A stretch of DNA of 64,000 nucleotides from an uncultured Gammaproteobacteria bacterium (GCA_963744015.1 CAVUSA010000002.1:7395-71394), one strand, 5' to 3'; shown: positions 1 to 13,620, numbered from the stretch's first letter. Notes: generated by a model from the letters alone, not told the origin. Translations and numbers: made by a program.

Positions 1-630
1 ACTAGCTCTCGCACAGCAGCCCCCCGCCGCTGGCCCATCCGCGCCCATCCGCACCGGCCGGATGAACCGTCACATGGACATGCGTGACGGGCACGGACGG
101 CGGCGGCATGGGCATCGTGCCCCCGGGCACGTGGTGGAAGAATCCCGCTATCATCACCAGCGCTCACGCTGACTGCCGACCAGCAGAAGAAGCTGGACGA
201 CATCTTCCTGCAGAGCCGCATCTCGCTGATCCACCTGCACGCCTCGCTCGAAGAAGAGCAGTTGAAGCTGGAGCCGCTGCTGAACGCCAACCCGCCGGAC
301 CAGGCAAGAGCCCTCGCGCAGATCTCCAAGATCGCCGACCTCCGTGCCGAACTCGAAAAGGCCAACGCGAAGATGCTGCTGAGCCTGCGCGGCGTGCTCA
401 CCGCCGACCAGTGGACCAAGCTGCAGGCCGACCAGCACGCGCGCCACGAGCCACCCGACGGCCCCATGGACGGACGTGGCGAAGGACGCGGAAACGGCCG
501 CGGCAAGGGCGGTCCGGGAGCACCCGGCGGTCCCGGACAGCCGCCGCCGCAGGCACAGGGCCCGCAAGGCCCCGGACCTCGGAGCAGTGTCGAGCCGCCG
601 CCGGCCGAGGGCGCCTTCGGTCTTCTGTAA
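1..630 (+). CDS. Spy/CpxP-like periplasmic protein (heavy-metal sensor/LTXXQ-like), 5' end uncertain, frameshifted
   Basis: Joined frames give GTWWKNP...LTLTADQQKKLDDIFLQSRISLI...LTADQWTKLQ plus a Gly/Pro tail; similar to 32444..33034. Confidence 0.7.
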
Positions 631-761
631 CGCTACACATCGCCCATCCGCGGGAGCTTCTGCTTCCGCGGATGCCGTATCAAAGGCTCTTCACACAGCG
701 ATCGCAAAGCGCGTGTAGGATGGTGCGTCAACCAAACCTTCACGCCGAGGACTGTCTTCGC

Positions 762-1348
762 ATGGCTCGAGTATGTCTCCGCGCCTGTGCTTCCCAAGCT
801 TGCCAACCCGGCGCCGCTCGGCCTTGCCGGCTTCGGCCTGACCACCTTCGTACTTTCGGCAATCAACGCCGGCCTGCTTCCGCACGAGGCGATCCCGGTG
901 GTCGTCCCGCTGGCCTTCGCCTACGGCGGCGTCGCCCAGATCATCGCCGGCATCCTGGAGTTCCGCACCGGCAACACCTTCGGCATGGTCGCATTTACCT
1001 CCTACGGGCTGTTCTGGTGGTGGTTCGCGCTCCTGCAGTGGACGATCGGCGCGGGCTGGCTCAAGGCTCCGCCCGCGGCCGGTGTCGGAACCGTGCTGCT
1101 GATGTGGGGCGTCTTCACATTCCTGATGTGGATCGTCACGTTCCGCACCAGCAAGGCGGTCTTCAGCATCTTCCTGCTGCTCTGGATCACGTTCTTCCTG
1201 CTCGCCGGCGGCGACTTCGGATTCGGCACAGGCAAGATCGGCGGCTACTTCGGCTTGCTGACCGGCGTGGACGCGCTGCTTGTAGCGTTCATCGAAGTCC
1301 TGAATGCGACCGCAAATCGTACCGTCGTGCCGCTCGGGGATCCGATTC

Positions 1349-1359
<11 letters not shown>
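762..1359 (+). CDS. satP: Acetate/succinate transporter, GPR1/FUN34/YaaH (SatP) family
   Basis: [15 protein letters not shown] signature, NTFG motif, about 6 TM; ORF 787..1359, with a probable ATG at 762 after GAGG, out of frame by 1 nt. Confidence 0.85.
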
Positions 1360-2509
<1,150 letters not shown>

Positions 2510-2564
2510 TGTCTTTTCTCCTGAAGTGGACCGGCGTGGTGCTCTGCTTGCCGGGTCCAGTCGA

Positions 2565-2605
2565 AGTCTAGCATCAATTCGGCGTGTAGCAAACAAAAAG
2601 CGAAT
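2565..2605 (-). promoter_or_regulatory. Putative recA promoter with overlapping LexA-box-like direct repeat
   Basis: Minus strand TTGCTA-16nt-TAGACT with a TGn extended -10; ATTC-N7-GTTT at 2591..2605 overlaps the -35. Confidence 0.5.
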
Positions 2606-2704
2606 ACGATTGTGGAGATTGCGGGAGAATTGCGGCAAGCGACCCAGATACAGCGAAGGACATCGGCGTGACTTCCAGCTTCCTGCCGGGATGAGGGAAT
2701 CATC

Positions 2705-2788
2705 AACGCAGAGCGCGCGGAGAAAAGCGCAGAGAACCAAGAAGGGCATTCCTGCGGTCTCTGCGTTGTTCTTTGCGCTCTCTGCGTT
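2705..2788. repeat. CGCAGAG-unit palindromic repeat, copy 1
   Basis: aacgcagagcgcgcggagaaaagcgcagag ... ctctgcgttgttctttgcgctctctgcgtt. Confidence 0.8.
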
Positions 2789-2828
2789 CAAACCTTCCAG
2801 GTTGCGTTGGGGCTGGTAGGCTGATGCC

Positions 2829-3494
2829 ATGCCGCGATACCGGTTTCTGGATGCCCTGACGATTGCGTTCGTGGTGGTGCTGCTGGTCTCGAACCTCCTG
2901 GCACAGAAGATCGTGCGGATCGGGCCGGTTTCGACCTCAGGCGCGATGATCCTGTTTCCGATTACCTACATCTTCGGGGACATCTTCACCGAGATCTACG
3001 GCTATGCAGCTTCGCGGCGGGCGATCTGGGCGGGCTTCTTTGCGACGGGGCTGCTGTATGCCGTGTCGGCGATCGTGATTGCGCTGCCGTCTGATCCGGA
3101 GTTCAAAAATCAGGCTGCGCTGGAGGCGGTCTTCGGGATTCTTCCGCGCATCCTGATCGCCAGCCTGATCGCGTTCTGGGCGGGCGAGTTCGCCAACAGC
3201 TACACGATGGCTCGGATGAAGCTGCTGACCAAGGGCCGCTGGCTGTGGACGCGCACCGTGGGCTCAACCGTGGTCGGTCAGGCGGTAGATACCACGCTCG
3301 TCATCCTTATCACCTTCGCGGGCCGGTTCTCCACGCACAAGCTCGTGGAAATCATCTGGCAGGGCTACCTGCTGAAGGTCGCGTACGAGGTGCTGGCGAC
3401 GCCGTTGACGTATCTGGTGGTGGGTTGGTTGAAGAAGGTGGAAGGGGTGGATGCGTTCGATGCGGGGACCGACTTCAATCCGTTCCGGGGGTGA
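2829..3494 (+). CDS. yhhQ: Queuosine precursor transporter (YhhQ/VUT family)
   Basis: [37 protein letters not shown]; multi-TM. Confidence 0.88.
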   Translation: MPRYRFLDALTIAFVVVLLVSNLLAQKIVRIGPVSTSGAMILFPITYIFGDIFTEIYGYAASRRAIWAGFFATGLLYAVSAIVIALPSDPEFKNQAALEAVFGILPRILIASLIAFWAGEFANSYTMARMKLLTKGRWLWTRTVGSTVVGQAVDTTLVILITFAGRFSTHKLVEIIWQGYLLKVAYEVLATPLTYLVVGWLKKVEGVDAFDAGTDFNPFRG

Positions 3495-3520
3495 GGGCGG
3501 TGGCCCCGGATAGGAGGACC

Positions 3521-3600
3521 TTAACGCAGAGAGCGCGGAGAGAAGCGCAGAGGGTCCCCAGGGTTGTTCTCTGCGCTTTTCTCTGCGTTCTTTGCGTTAA
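3521..3600. repeat. CGCAGAG-unit palindromic repeat, copy 2
   Basis: ttaacgcagagagcgcggagagaagcgcagag ... ctctgcgcttttctctgcgttctttgcgttaa. Confidence 0.8.
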
Positions 3601-3611
3601 AGTCTTCGTCG

Positions 3612-4000
3612 TCAGAAGCGATGCACTCGGCGGTAGATGCCGTCTCTCAGCAACTCCCCATTGAAGTTGAGCAGCACTCCCAGGCGTTTGTTCGAGAGCT
3701 TCAGGTAAGAGGTCAGCTGGGCGAGATGGACGGGCGCGATCTTCTCCAGCGATTTGACCTCGATCACAAGCTCGTTCTCCACGAGGATGTCGATGCGATA
3801 GCCTACGTCGGCAAGTTTGATTCTTCATAGATGAGCGGGACTGGGACTTCGGTCCTGGCCTGCAGGCCGGAACGCCGCAGCTCGAAGATGAGGCATGCCC
3901 TGTAGGCACTTTCGAGCAGCCCGGGACCGAGAACCTTATGGATGCGGATGGCGGCTTCAAGCGTACTTCGGCTCAGGTGGTTGAGTTGTTCCTGGGTCAC
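3612..4000 (-). CDS. GxxExxY protein (PD-(D/E)XK nuclease-like), one frameshift near 3810
   Basis: LGPGLLESAY; second frame YRIDILVENELVIEVKS...HLAQLTSYLKLS...GVLLNFN...GIYRRVHRF*. Confidence 0.9.
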
Positions 4001-4004
4001 CGGA

Positions 4005-5558
4005 CTACCTCCGCAGCAGGTCGACCGGGGTCCTGACGTCCTCGATGCGGAAGATGCCCGCGAGCGTGGGGTGCTGCCTGCGGATGGCTTCGAACATCTC
4101 CCAGGCGACGCGGCGGTAGCTGTAGTGGCCGGCGACGCCGCTGCGGAGCTCGGCGATGTAGAGCGCTTCAGCGAAGTCCATCTTGAAGAGCGACCGGCAG
4201 CGTGTGCCGAGCGGCAGCAGGTACTGCGCGGAATGAGCGGCTTCAGGTGCGTCAGAGGCCGCCAATGCCCGATAGGCGGCGTGCGCGGCGTTCATGCCGG
4301 CCGTGTAATCGGCTTCGAGGCCGCAGGCGGCGAGGGTGGGTTGGCCGGGGGCGTCGGGCGAGTCGAAGCCGTGGCAGTCGGTGAACTCCTGCAGCAGCTG
4401 GGTGCAGCGGCGGTGGCGATGCATGTCGCGGAAGCCGCCGATGTCCATGAGGATGTCGAATTTGAGTGCGGCGCCGGAGTGGAAGGCGCGGAGGAGCTCG
4501 TCGTGGCGGCCGCGGTGGCGGGTGCCGAGGGCGATCACCTCGGCCAGACGCGGAGCTTCCAGCGCCCCCACGTGCGAGCGAAGCTGGCGGTAGCTGTAGT
4601 GGCAGTGCGGGTAAAGCAGCGAGGTGGCGAGCTCGATCTCGAGCGGCTCGTCATTTTCGATGAGATCGACAACCGGCGCGGCGTGAATCTGTTCGTTGCC
4701 CATCAGCTCGGCGGCGGCCTGGCGGAGGAGGGTGCGGGTTTCGCGCTGGTAGTCGTTGGCGACGGCGTATTTCACCAGCGTGGGTGCGGCTTTGACCTCG
4801 CGCAGCAGGAGTTCGCGAACCTCGGTCCGCCGGGGCTCTTCCAGGTCTGCTGTCAGCGCCCGGAGGGACTCGTCGTGCGGATTCCAGGCGGGCTCGCTGG
4901 CGGCGGCGCGCAGCTTTTCGCCCAGCGTGCGCACCTCGGCGAACTCGCTGGTGAGCAGGCGCGCCACCTGCGTTTCCAAGCGTGCGGGCATTGACGATCT
5001 GGCCAAGCGACGTGTTGGTCGCAAGCGGCAGCAGGTAGCGCGCGACGTCGAAGGCGCGGGCCTTGAGCGTGCGCTCGTAGGCGTCGGGCTTGAGAGTTTC
5101 CGGGCAGGGGATGACGTTCTTGAGCGCGGCCAGCATGCCGGAACTGGTGCGGTCGTAGGCGGCAAACAGCGCCTGGATGGCGGCCGTGTATTCTGCCGCG
5201 TGGGTGTCCAGAGTCGGCGTAAACCAGCCGGATTTGCGGAAGTCCTGGTAGCGTGTACTGCGCTCCTGGCCATCCCAGCGCTGCTCGTCAACCAGGGTGA
5301 TCGCGGCCAGCAGCGACAGGCGCTCGATCGCCATCGGGATGTGGGCCAGGTCGGCGATGGAGCGGTGCCCGTACTGGAAGTAGAAGGTGTTCAGGAACTG
5401 CTCGGCGCGCTGGGCCTAGATCTCGCGCAGCGACTCTCGCGCAGGGTCAGCGAGGAGCGGCAGTACTTGGCCATCGCGTAGGCGAGAACTTCGGGATCGG
5501 CGCCGTGGATGGCGTAGACGTCGGTAGAAGGCGGGCGGGTAGGCAAGTTGTCGGGCAT
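4005..5558 (-). CDS. thyX: FAD-dependent thymidylate synthase, tandem-domain ThyX type (indels and one in-frame TAG)
   Basis: AYAMAKY, YGHRSIADLAH, QERSTRYQDF, FDVARYLLPLAT, FRDMHRHR, YIAELRSG..GHYSYR. Confidence 0.8.
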
Positions 5559-5605
5559 AGTCGGAAGAGTCAGGCCCAAGGATAAATGGTGAACGGCCCG
5601 GCCGG

Positions 5606-6379
5606 TTACTCCGGGCGGCGGGCGCGGGCGAAGAGTCCGTAGACGATCAGCAGCCCAAAGAAGATCGAGAACGAGGTGACAGTCGCCTTCCCCGCGTAGA
5701 CGAACAGAGCATGATGGCCGGCGGGGATGGCCGACCGATAGGCAGCGCGGCCGAGCGCAATTGCATAGGCGACGGCCGCGAACGACGCGAGGATAAGCGT
5801 ACGGCGGCTCGGCGGCATCGCGTGAGAAGCACCAGCCGCGCGGGGCGGTGTGCGGTGGACCCAGGCGATGATCGCCGCCACGACAAAGGCAGCGCCCACG
5901 ACGGTGCTTGCGAACTGCATGATCTTCTCGCCCGGCAGCGCATGCAGCACCGGCACGCGAAATGTCTCCCGCAGCAGGGCAATGTGGCGATAAGGCCATG
6001 TATCCGGGTGCGTGAAGGAATCCCAGGCGATGTGCGTCAGGATGCCGAACAACGCGGAAATGCAGACTATGAGCTGGGTTCGGGGATCGGTGAAGCGAAA
6101 GCGTCCGGGCTTCGGCTGCAGGCGCAGCCGAAAGACATCCGGCAGTAGCTGCACGATCGGCTGCTCAATGATGAGGTGGAAGAGCCAGAAGACCGCGAAC
6201 GACATGGGGAGGTCGAACAGAAACGCGCCGCGCAGGGTGTGGCCGAACTTGCCGATCTCCCCCAGCAGGAAGAAGTATTCGAAATCGGGGGCAAACGTGC
6301 CGATCACCAGCGCCGAAAAGATCAGGCGGCTGCGCCGGAACGGCACGGCCGCGGCAGCGTGAGAAAACGTAAAGGGCAC
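5606..6379 (-). CDS. DUF4184 family membrane protein
   Basis: PFTFSHAAAAVPF, ALVIGTFAPDFEYF, THIAWDSFTH. Confidence 0.8.
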   Translation of the reverse strand: MPFTFSHAAAAVPFRRSRLIFSALVIGTFAPDFEYFFLLGEIGKFGHTLRGAFLFDLPMSFAVFWLFHLIIEQPIVQLLPDVFRLRLQPKPGRFRFTDPRTQLIVCISALFGILTHIAWDSFTHPDTWPYRHIALLRETFRVPVLHALPGEKIMQFASTVVGAAFVVAAIIAWVHRTPPRAAGASHAMPPSRRTLILASFAAVAYAIALGRAAYRSAIPAGHHALFVYAGKATVTSFSIFFGLLIVYGLFARARRPE

Positions 6380-6433
6380 CTCTGCATTATGGAGGACAGT
6401 GCAGGAGCACACCACCTTCGTATAATCCTGTGA

Positions 6434-7181
6434 ATGAGCACACTGGCAGGGCGGATTGCATTGGTAACAGGAGCATCGCAGGGGATCGGCCGGGCGATTG
6501 CGTTGCGGTTGGCGGAGGATGGGGCGCAGGTCGCGCTGGCGGCGCGGAATCTGGACAAGCTGGCAGAGGTAGCCGCAGAGATTGCTGCGGCCGGTGGCAC
6601 GGCGCAGGCGTTTGCCATCGATATTGCGAGCGAAGAGTCCATCAAGGCATGCGCGAAGGCTGTGATCGCGCACTTCGGCAAGGTCGAAATCCTGGTCAAC
6701 AACGCCGGCATCACCCGCGACGGACTGAGCATGCGCATGAGGCGGCCGGACTGGGATGACGTGCTGACCACCAACCTGACGGGCGCGTTCCTGATGACGC
6801 AGGCCTGCATTCCCAGCATGCTGAAGACGCGCTGGGGCCGCATCATGAACATCACCTCGGTCGTGGGAGAGATGGGGCAGGCCGGACAGGCGAACTACGC
6901 GGCCTCGAAAGCGGGACTGATCGGGCTGACGAAGTCGCTGGCCCGCGAGCTTGCCAGCCGCACGCATCACCGTGAATGCCGTCGCGCCGGGCATGATCGC
7001 CACCGCAATGACCGAGGTGCTGACCGAAGAGCAGAAAGCCGCCATGACGGCGCAAATTCCGCTCGGCCGCGCCGGAACCGACGGTGAGATCGCCGCCGCG
7101 GTGGCGTTTCTGGCCGGCGAGGAAGCCGCCTACATCACCGGGCATACACTGGACGTCAACGGCGGCATGCACATGAGTTAG
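6434..7181 (+). CDS. fabG: 3-oxoacyl-ACP reductase (frameshift near 6962)
   Basis: [38 protein letters not shown]. Confidence 0.92.
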
Positions 7182-8122
7182 CCGGTCCGCTCCGGGGCCT
7201 GCCGCAGCGAACGCAGAACGTAGGCCAGGTAGGACCTCTGGATCTCAGGCTTGCGTCCCTGGTAGACGGGCGCCAGCAGCGTGTGCAGTCGCGGGAGGTT
7301 GTACCAGGGGACCGCCGGAAACAGGTGGTGCTCCAGGTGGTAGTTCAGGTTCAGCATCAGAAACGACACCACGCTGTTGCTGGTGACGGTGCGGGTGCGG
7401 CCCAGCGCGTCGCCTTCGGTATGAGTGCCGGGATGCTCGGCCAGCGTGCGTACATTTGAAAGCGCGGTGGCGACCTGCGCCGGCAGCAGCCAGTACCAGA
7501 GCAGCCACGTGACATGACCGGAGCGCACGGCGAAGGCGATCACTGCGGCATATGCAGCAAGCATCAGGGCGTATTCCAGCAGGATCCTGCGGCGCGCCGC
7601 TGGGGACGCCATCTGCAGCGCCTTGACTGGCACAAAGAACATGTACACCACCGTGCCGATCACGAACCAGCTATAAAACAGCGCCACGTACTGCGCCCGG
7701 GTGCGGGTGTAGTTCGAAAGGTCATCCTGATCGCGCTCGGTACGGGTGTGGCGGTGATGATTCAGGTGCGCCACCTTGTAGGCCGCCATCGAAAAACCCG
7801 AAGGAGCCGCCAGCAGAAATCCCGCCCAACCGTCCAGCCTCTTCCTGCGAAACAGGTTGCCGTGCAGCGCCTCGTGCATCAGGATACCCATCGCCTGCAG
7901 GCAGATTCCGATGACGACCACGCCCACGAGTCGCACCGGCCAGGCGGGCCAGCGCTGCATGATCGCGACGGCGGCGATCCAGGCGGCGGGAAACAGCAGT
8001 ACCACCAGATTCGCAAACGGACGCACGATCTGCAACCGCCGAACTTCAGCGCGCAGCCCGGCAGGAAGCTGCGCGAGCGGCAGCGGGCCGGCCGAACTGT
8101 GCTGCGACGGAAGCGCGGGCAT
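7178..8122 (-). CDS. Membrane fatty acid desaturase family protein
   Basis: His boxes [28 protein letters not shown]. Confidence 0.9.
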   Translation of the reverse strand: MPALPSQHSSAGPLPLAQLPAGLRAEVRRLQIVRPFANLVVLLFPAAWIAAVAIMQRWPAWPVRLVGVVVIGICLQAMGILMHEALHGNLFRRKRLDGWAGFLLAAPSGFSMAAYKVAHLNHHRHTRTERDQDDLSNYTRTRAQYVALFYSWFVIGTVVYMFFVPVKALQMASPAARRRILLEYALMLAAYAAVIAFAVRSGHVTWLLWYWLLPAQVATALSNVRTLAEHPGTHTEGDALGRTRTVTSNSVVSFLMLNLNYHLEHHLFPAVPWYNLPRLHTLLAPVYQGRKPEIQRSYLAYVLRSLRQAPERTG

Positions 8123-8371
8123 GGTGGAAAGATCTCCGAAGGGAGGACAACTTGGCAAATACCCGGTTCAGACTATATCTTTCCACAAGAGGCCGTTAAC
8201 TGAATCAATAATAGATCGTGTGGTTCACCCCCGCACCTTGCTTCAGGTAACGGTTGAGGGTTGGCGAGAAGGAATCACAAACGACATGGGAATCAGTTTC
8301 GGTACGCGATTCGAAACCGCGGTGCAGATTGCGCTTGCCTCCCCCCGGAGTGCGGCAGTACCGTACCGCTA

Positions 8372-8779
8372 ATGGCTGATATGCAAACATTCCTTCCTTC
8401 GCAGGCGAGTGCCCCCGTGAAGTCCATCTCGAACAACATCGGAAGCACGATCCGCGATTTCCGGCTGCAAAAAGGAATGTCGCAGGGCGACATCGAGAAG
8501 CGCACCGGGCTGCTGCGGTGCTATCTGTCACGCGTGGAGAACGGCCACACCGTACCTTCCCTCGAAACCCTGCAGAAGATTGCCGGCGCGCTGGAGGTGC
8601 AACTGGCGCAATTCTTCGCTGAAGACAACATCGGCAAGGAAGTAGCGACGCTGAACCTGAGCGAAGAGGAGATCCGCTTCCTGACCCAGGTACAGCGCTA
8701 CTCAGCAAACCTCTCCGAGAGCGATCGGCGCCTCCTGCTGGCTATGGTGCGGAAGTTCGCTTCGACCGCGCTGAGCTAA
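8372..8779 (+). CDS. XRE-family HTH transcriptional regulator
   Basis: IRDFRLQKGMSQGDIEKRTGLLRCYLSRVENGHTVPSLETLQKIA. Confidence 0.9.
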   Translation: MADMQTFLPSQASAPVKSISNNIGSTIRDFRLQKGMSQGDIEKRTGLLRCYLSRVENGHTVPSLETLQKIAGALEVQLAQFFAEDNIGKEVATLNLSEEEIRFLTQVQRYSANLSESDRRLLLAMVRKFASTALS

Positions 8780-8989
8780 GGGCAAGGCAACGTCAAGTAC
8801 GGAAGGATTTCAGAGATCAAGGCGGGAGGAAGAACTGGCAACGGCCGAAAGCTGTTGCCTCTTCTTTCGCCCAGGAACGTTCTCGGCGAGCAGAATCTTC
8901 GGTAGCTCCCATGTTGGACCGAGAGAGGGACTTGCCTCGTGCCAAGGGTTACTATCCCTCGTTCCCATTTCGTCGGAGCCGGTACTTCC

Positions 8990-9850
8990 TCAGGAGGCTT
9001 TCAGGTTCGCGATCCAGTAGCCGAAGAGGCAAAGGATGAAGGCGGCGGCCAGGAAGACCGTCTTCTGGCGGCCAAGGTAGCGTTCCCGGCCGGCGGTCAT
9101 CATCGGCACCAGCGGCGGGCCGAGGGCCAGCCCTGCCAAGAACCCTCCAATGTGAGCCGAGTTGTCGACCCGCACCGGACCATTGACGATGATCGTCGAA
9201 GCCCCGATAAACAGGTTGATGGCGGCGAAGCGGACCACCGAGGTGCGCAGGCGCTTCAGCTCGGACCAGGGGATGGGCAGCTTCCGGTTGGAAAGCAGCA
9301 CGATCAGAATGCCGGTAAGGCCGAAGACGGCGCCCGAGGCTCCGGCGCCCATGCCGAACGGCAGCGCGGTGTGCGTGAAGACCGCCATGCCGGCATCCCA
9401 GGCCAGCGAAAGGAGATTGCCGGCGACGCCTGTCAGCACGTAGACGGCAATCAGCCCCCAGGGACCGACCAACGGCTCGCCCAGAAGGCCCAGGTTCCAC
9501 AGGCACCACATGTTCGAAGCAATGTGCAGAATTCCGATATGCACGAACGTGGCGGTCAACACCCGGTACCACTGGTGCTGGTTCAGCACCAGGACCGGAT
9601 TATTCGCTCCAAAATGCTGCAATTGCTGCACGCTGGGGTCGCGCGCGGAGACGCCGTGCAGGATCATCCACAAAAAGACGGCAACGTTGACGGCGACCAG
9701 GAAGTAAGTGCCTGGGGCCGAGCGAGGATCCCACTCGCTATATTGGCGCGGGTCGCGCGCTTCACCCGGAGCGTACTGGGTACGGCCAGCCGCTGCCGGC
9801 GGAGGCTCGGCGGAGGTTTGGGCAGGATCGGGTTGCGTCGGGTAAGACAT
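8990..9850 (-). CDS. Rhomboid intramembrane serine protease
   Basis: WYR, HIGILHIASNM, GASG catalytic Ser, AHIGG catalytic His. Confidence 0.93.
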   Translation of the reverse strand: MSYPTQPDPAQTSAEPPPAAAGRTQYAPGEARDPRQYSEWDPRSAPGTYFLVAVNVAVFLWMILHGVSARDPSVQQLQHFGANNPVLVLNQHQWYRVLTATFVHIGILHIASNMWCLWNLGLLGEPLVGPWGLIAVYVLTGVAGNLLSLAWDAGMAVFTHTALPFGMGAGASGAVFGLTGILIVLLSNRKLPIPWSELKRLRTSVVRFAAINLFIGASTIIVNGPVRVDNSAHIGGFLAGLALGPPLVPMMTAGRERYLGRQKTVFLAAAFILCLFGYWIANLKAS

Positions 9851-9870
9851 GGTCGCTCGCGTTCCGCCGC

Positions 9871-10365
9871 TCAGGCGTGACGCCGCGCCAGGCGTTGCCG
9901 GATGCCCGAGGGAATTGTCCGGACCAGGCTGGGCAGCGGCGTGGCGATCGCGACCAGGATCCAAAGCACCATCGAGATCACCAGGCCCGCGATCGCCGCA
10001 GCCTGCAGCGAGATGAGCACGGGCGTATTGTGCATGTGCACCGTGTAGCTGGGCGTGATGTGCGCCAGCAGTTCGATGCGGCGCATCACGACGGCCATCA
10101 GCAAAAAGGCAACGATAGAAAGCGAGAAGCTGATGATGAGCAGGAAATCGAAAAAACGAGCTTTGCTCTGGCGGCGGCGGCAGTTGGCGCACTCTGCGAG
10201 GTGCAGCTCGTAGTCGGTGCGCATTTCGGGCGAGATGCTCGAAATATCGTAGCGCCAGCCCGACAGAATGGCTCCCACGATGGGATCGGTGCAGGACTTG
10301 TTCGGCGCAGGCAGGGGCTTTGCTTCGAGCGGGCTCGAGTTGGAAGAGAAGGCTCGGTTGGGCAT
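9871..10365 (-). CDS. Membrane protein with zf-HC2 (anti-sigma-like) motif
   Basis: HLAECANC followed by two hydrophobic helices. Confidence 0.6.
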   Translation of the reverse strand: MPNRAFSSNSSPLEAKPLPAPNKSCTDPIVGAILSGWRYDISSISPEMRTDYELHLAECANCRRRQSKARFFDFLLIISFSLSIVAFLLMAVVMRRIELLAHITPSYTVHMHNTPVLISLQAAAIAGLVISMVLWILVAIATPLPSLVRTIPSGIRQRLARRHA

Positions 10366-10489
10366 AGGACCTTTCTGATTCTACCCCCGTTTGACTCCGT
10401 AAAGCGACAGAAAGGTGCAAAACCGGAGCGAACCACCGATCGAGGCGGGTACCACGGATCGTTGAAAACCGATGGTCTGGCCAGGTGGG

Positions 10490-11561
10490 CTAGAGGTGGA
10501 TGGGCGCAAGCGGCTCAGACTGCATGGCAAGCAGCACGCGATTGCCGAGCAGGCTCATGCGGTTGTTGAGGGCGCGTTCGGCGGTGATGCGCGCAAGTTC
10601 CGGTGCGTTATTGGACTCGGAAAGATGTCCCAGCACGATGTACACGGCGCCCCCGTCATAATCCTTCTGCAGAAATTCAGCAGTAGCATCGTTCGACAGG
10701 TGGCCGACCCGCGAAAGCACGCGCTGCTTCACCGACCAGGGATAGGGCCCGTCGCGCAGCATCTCCAGATCGTGGTTGGATTCAAGGAGAAGCACGTCAA
10801 TCGAGCGCAGGGCGGACTTCACATTCGGCGGCACATAGCCGAGGTCCGTGGCGATCGCCATCCGAATGCCGTCGGCGGCGAAGACGAATCCGCAGGGGTC
10901 CGCCGCGTCGTGTGGAATGGTGAAGGGGCAGATCTCGATATCGCCAATCAGGAACTGGCGCCCGGGCTGGAAGTATTCCACCGCCGGCAGAAAGGTGGGG
11001 TCCGCCTTTGCCTTCTGCGCGCTGCCTGCATCGCAGTCGTCGGCGTCCGGATCCACAGGCGCCTCCAACCCGCCCTGCGAGTCGCCGGCCCGGTTCAGCG
11101 TGGGATCGAGCGCGGCAGCCTCGCGCCGAGACCGCAGCCACGGCTTCGAGCGCAGCGGTCTCCCCGCCACTTGCCTCACCCGAAGCGGCGGCGTAGCTGG
11201 GCACGCGGGCGGCAGCGGCTTCCGCGCGCGCAAGCTTTTCCTGCTGCAAATGGTCCAGCCACTTGGCGTAGGTCATGGTCGTGCGCGGCGTCAGCATGCG
11301 CACCCAGGCGCGGTGCGTCGGCTCGGAGAAGAAGACCGGGATGCCCAGCCGCCGCGCCAGCACGGGCAGCCCCGCGATGTGGTCCACGTGCTCGTGGGTG
11401 ACGAGGATGGCGTCCAGTCGCGCGGGATCTTCGCCGGCAAGCGCCATCCGGCGCAGAAGTTCGCGGCAGCTCAGGCCCGCATCCACCAGTACACGGGTCC
11501 GGCCGCTGGCGATCACGGTCGAATTTCCCTTGGACCCGGAGGCGAGCACGGTCATGCGCAT
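10490..11561 (-). CDS. MBL-fold metallo-hydrolase (YycJ/WalJ-like), frameshifted
   Basis: LASGSKGNS, THEHVDH, PHDAADPCG, TDLG, ESNHD, GHLSN, HLSESNN. Confidence 0.88.
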
Positions 11562-11705
11562 TTGATTAACATACTCGCTCGGGCTGTGGGTGACGGGGGT
11601 CGAAACCGGGAAGCGGCGGCCCGGCACCTGCAAAGATAAGGATGGAGCCGCGGCAGTGAGCTTCGCGGCGTCCTCGACAGCCCGCAACCGCAGCTATCGG
11701 GGTCG

Positions 11706-13534
<1,829 letters not shown>

Positions 13535-13583
13535 AGGTGAGTTTAGCAAGGGCGGGGTGGAGGATGTTGGGGCTGGGGGACGG

Positions 13584-13620
13584 GCAGAAGCGGATCCTCC
13601 GCCTTCGGCGAAGGATGACA
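13584..13620. repeat. REP-like hairpin of TGTCATCC type
   Basis: Reverse complement tgtcatccttcgccgaaggcggaggatccgcttctgc. Confidence 0.55.

Noticed and set aside
2610-2828. preQ1 riboswitch upstream of yhhQ
   Set aside because: No recognisable preQ1 hairpin with an A-rich tail; the visible structure is the CGCAGAG repeat.
2510-2830. N-terminal extension of RecA in the 493-aa ORF
   Set aside because: It runs through the promoter and a palindromic repeat; RecA homology and the RBS begin at TTG 2509.
5416-5418. In-frame TAG in thyX, and another at 41466..41468 in GH15, suggesting amber recoding
   Set aside because: They stand where different residues are expected (probably Ser and Tyr), TAG is a normal stop elsewhere in the window, and both adjoin GATC, consistent with base-calling error.
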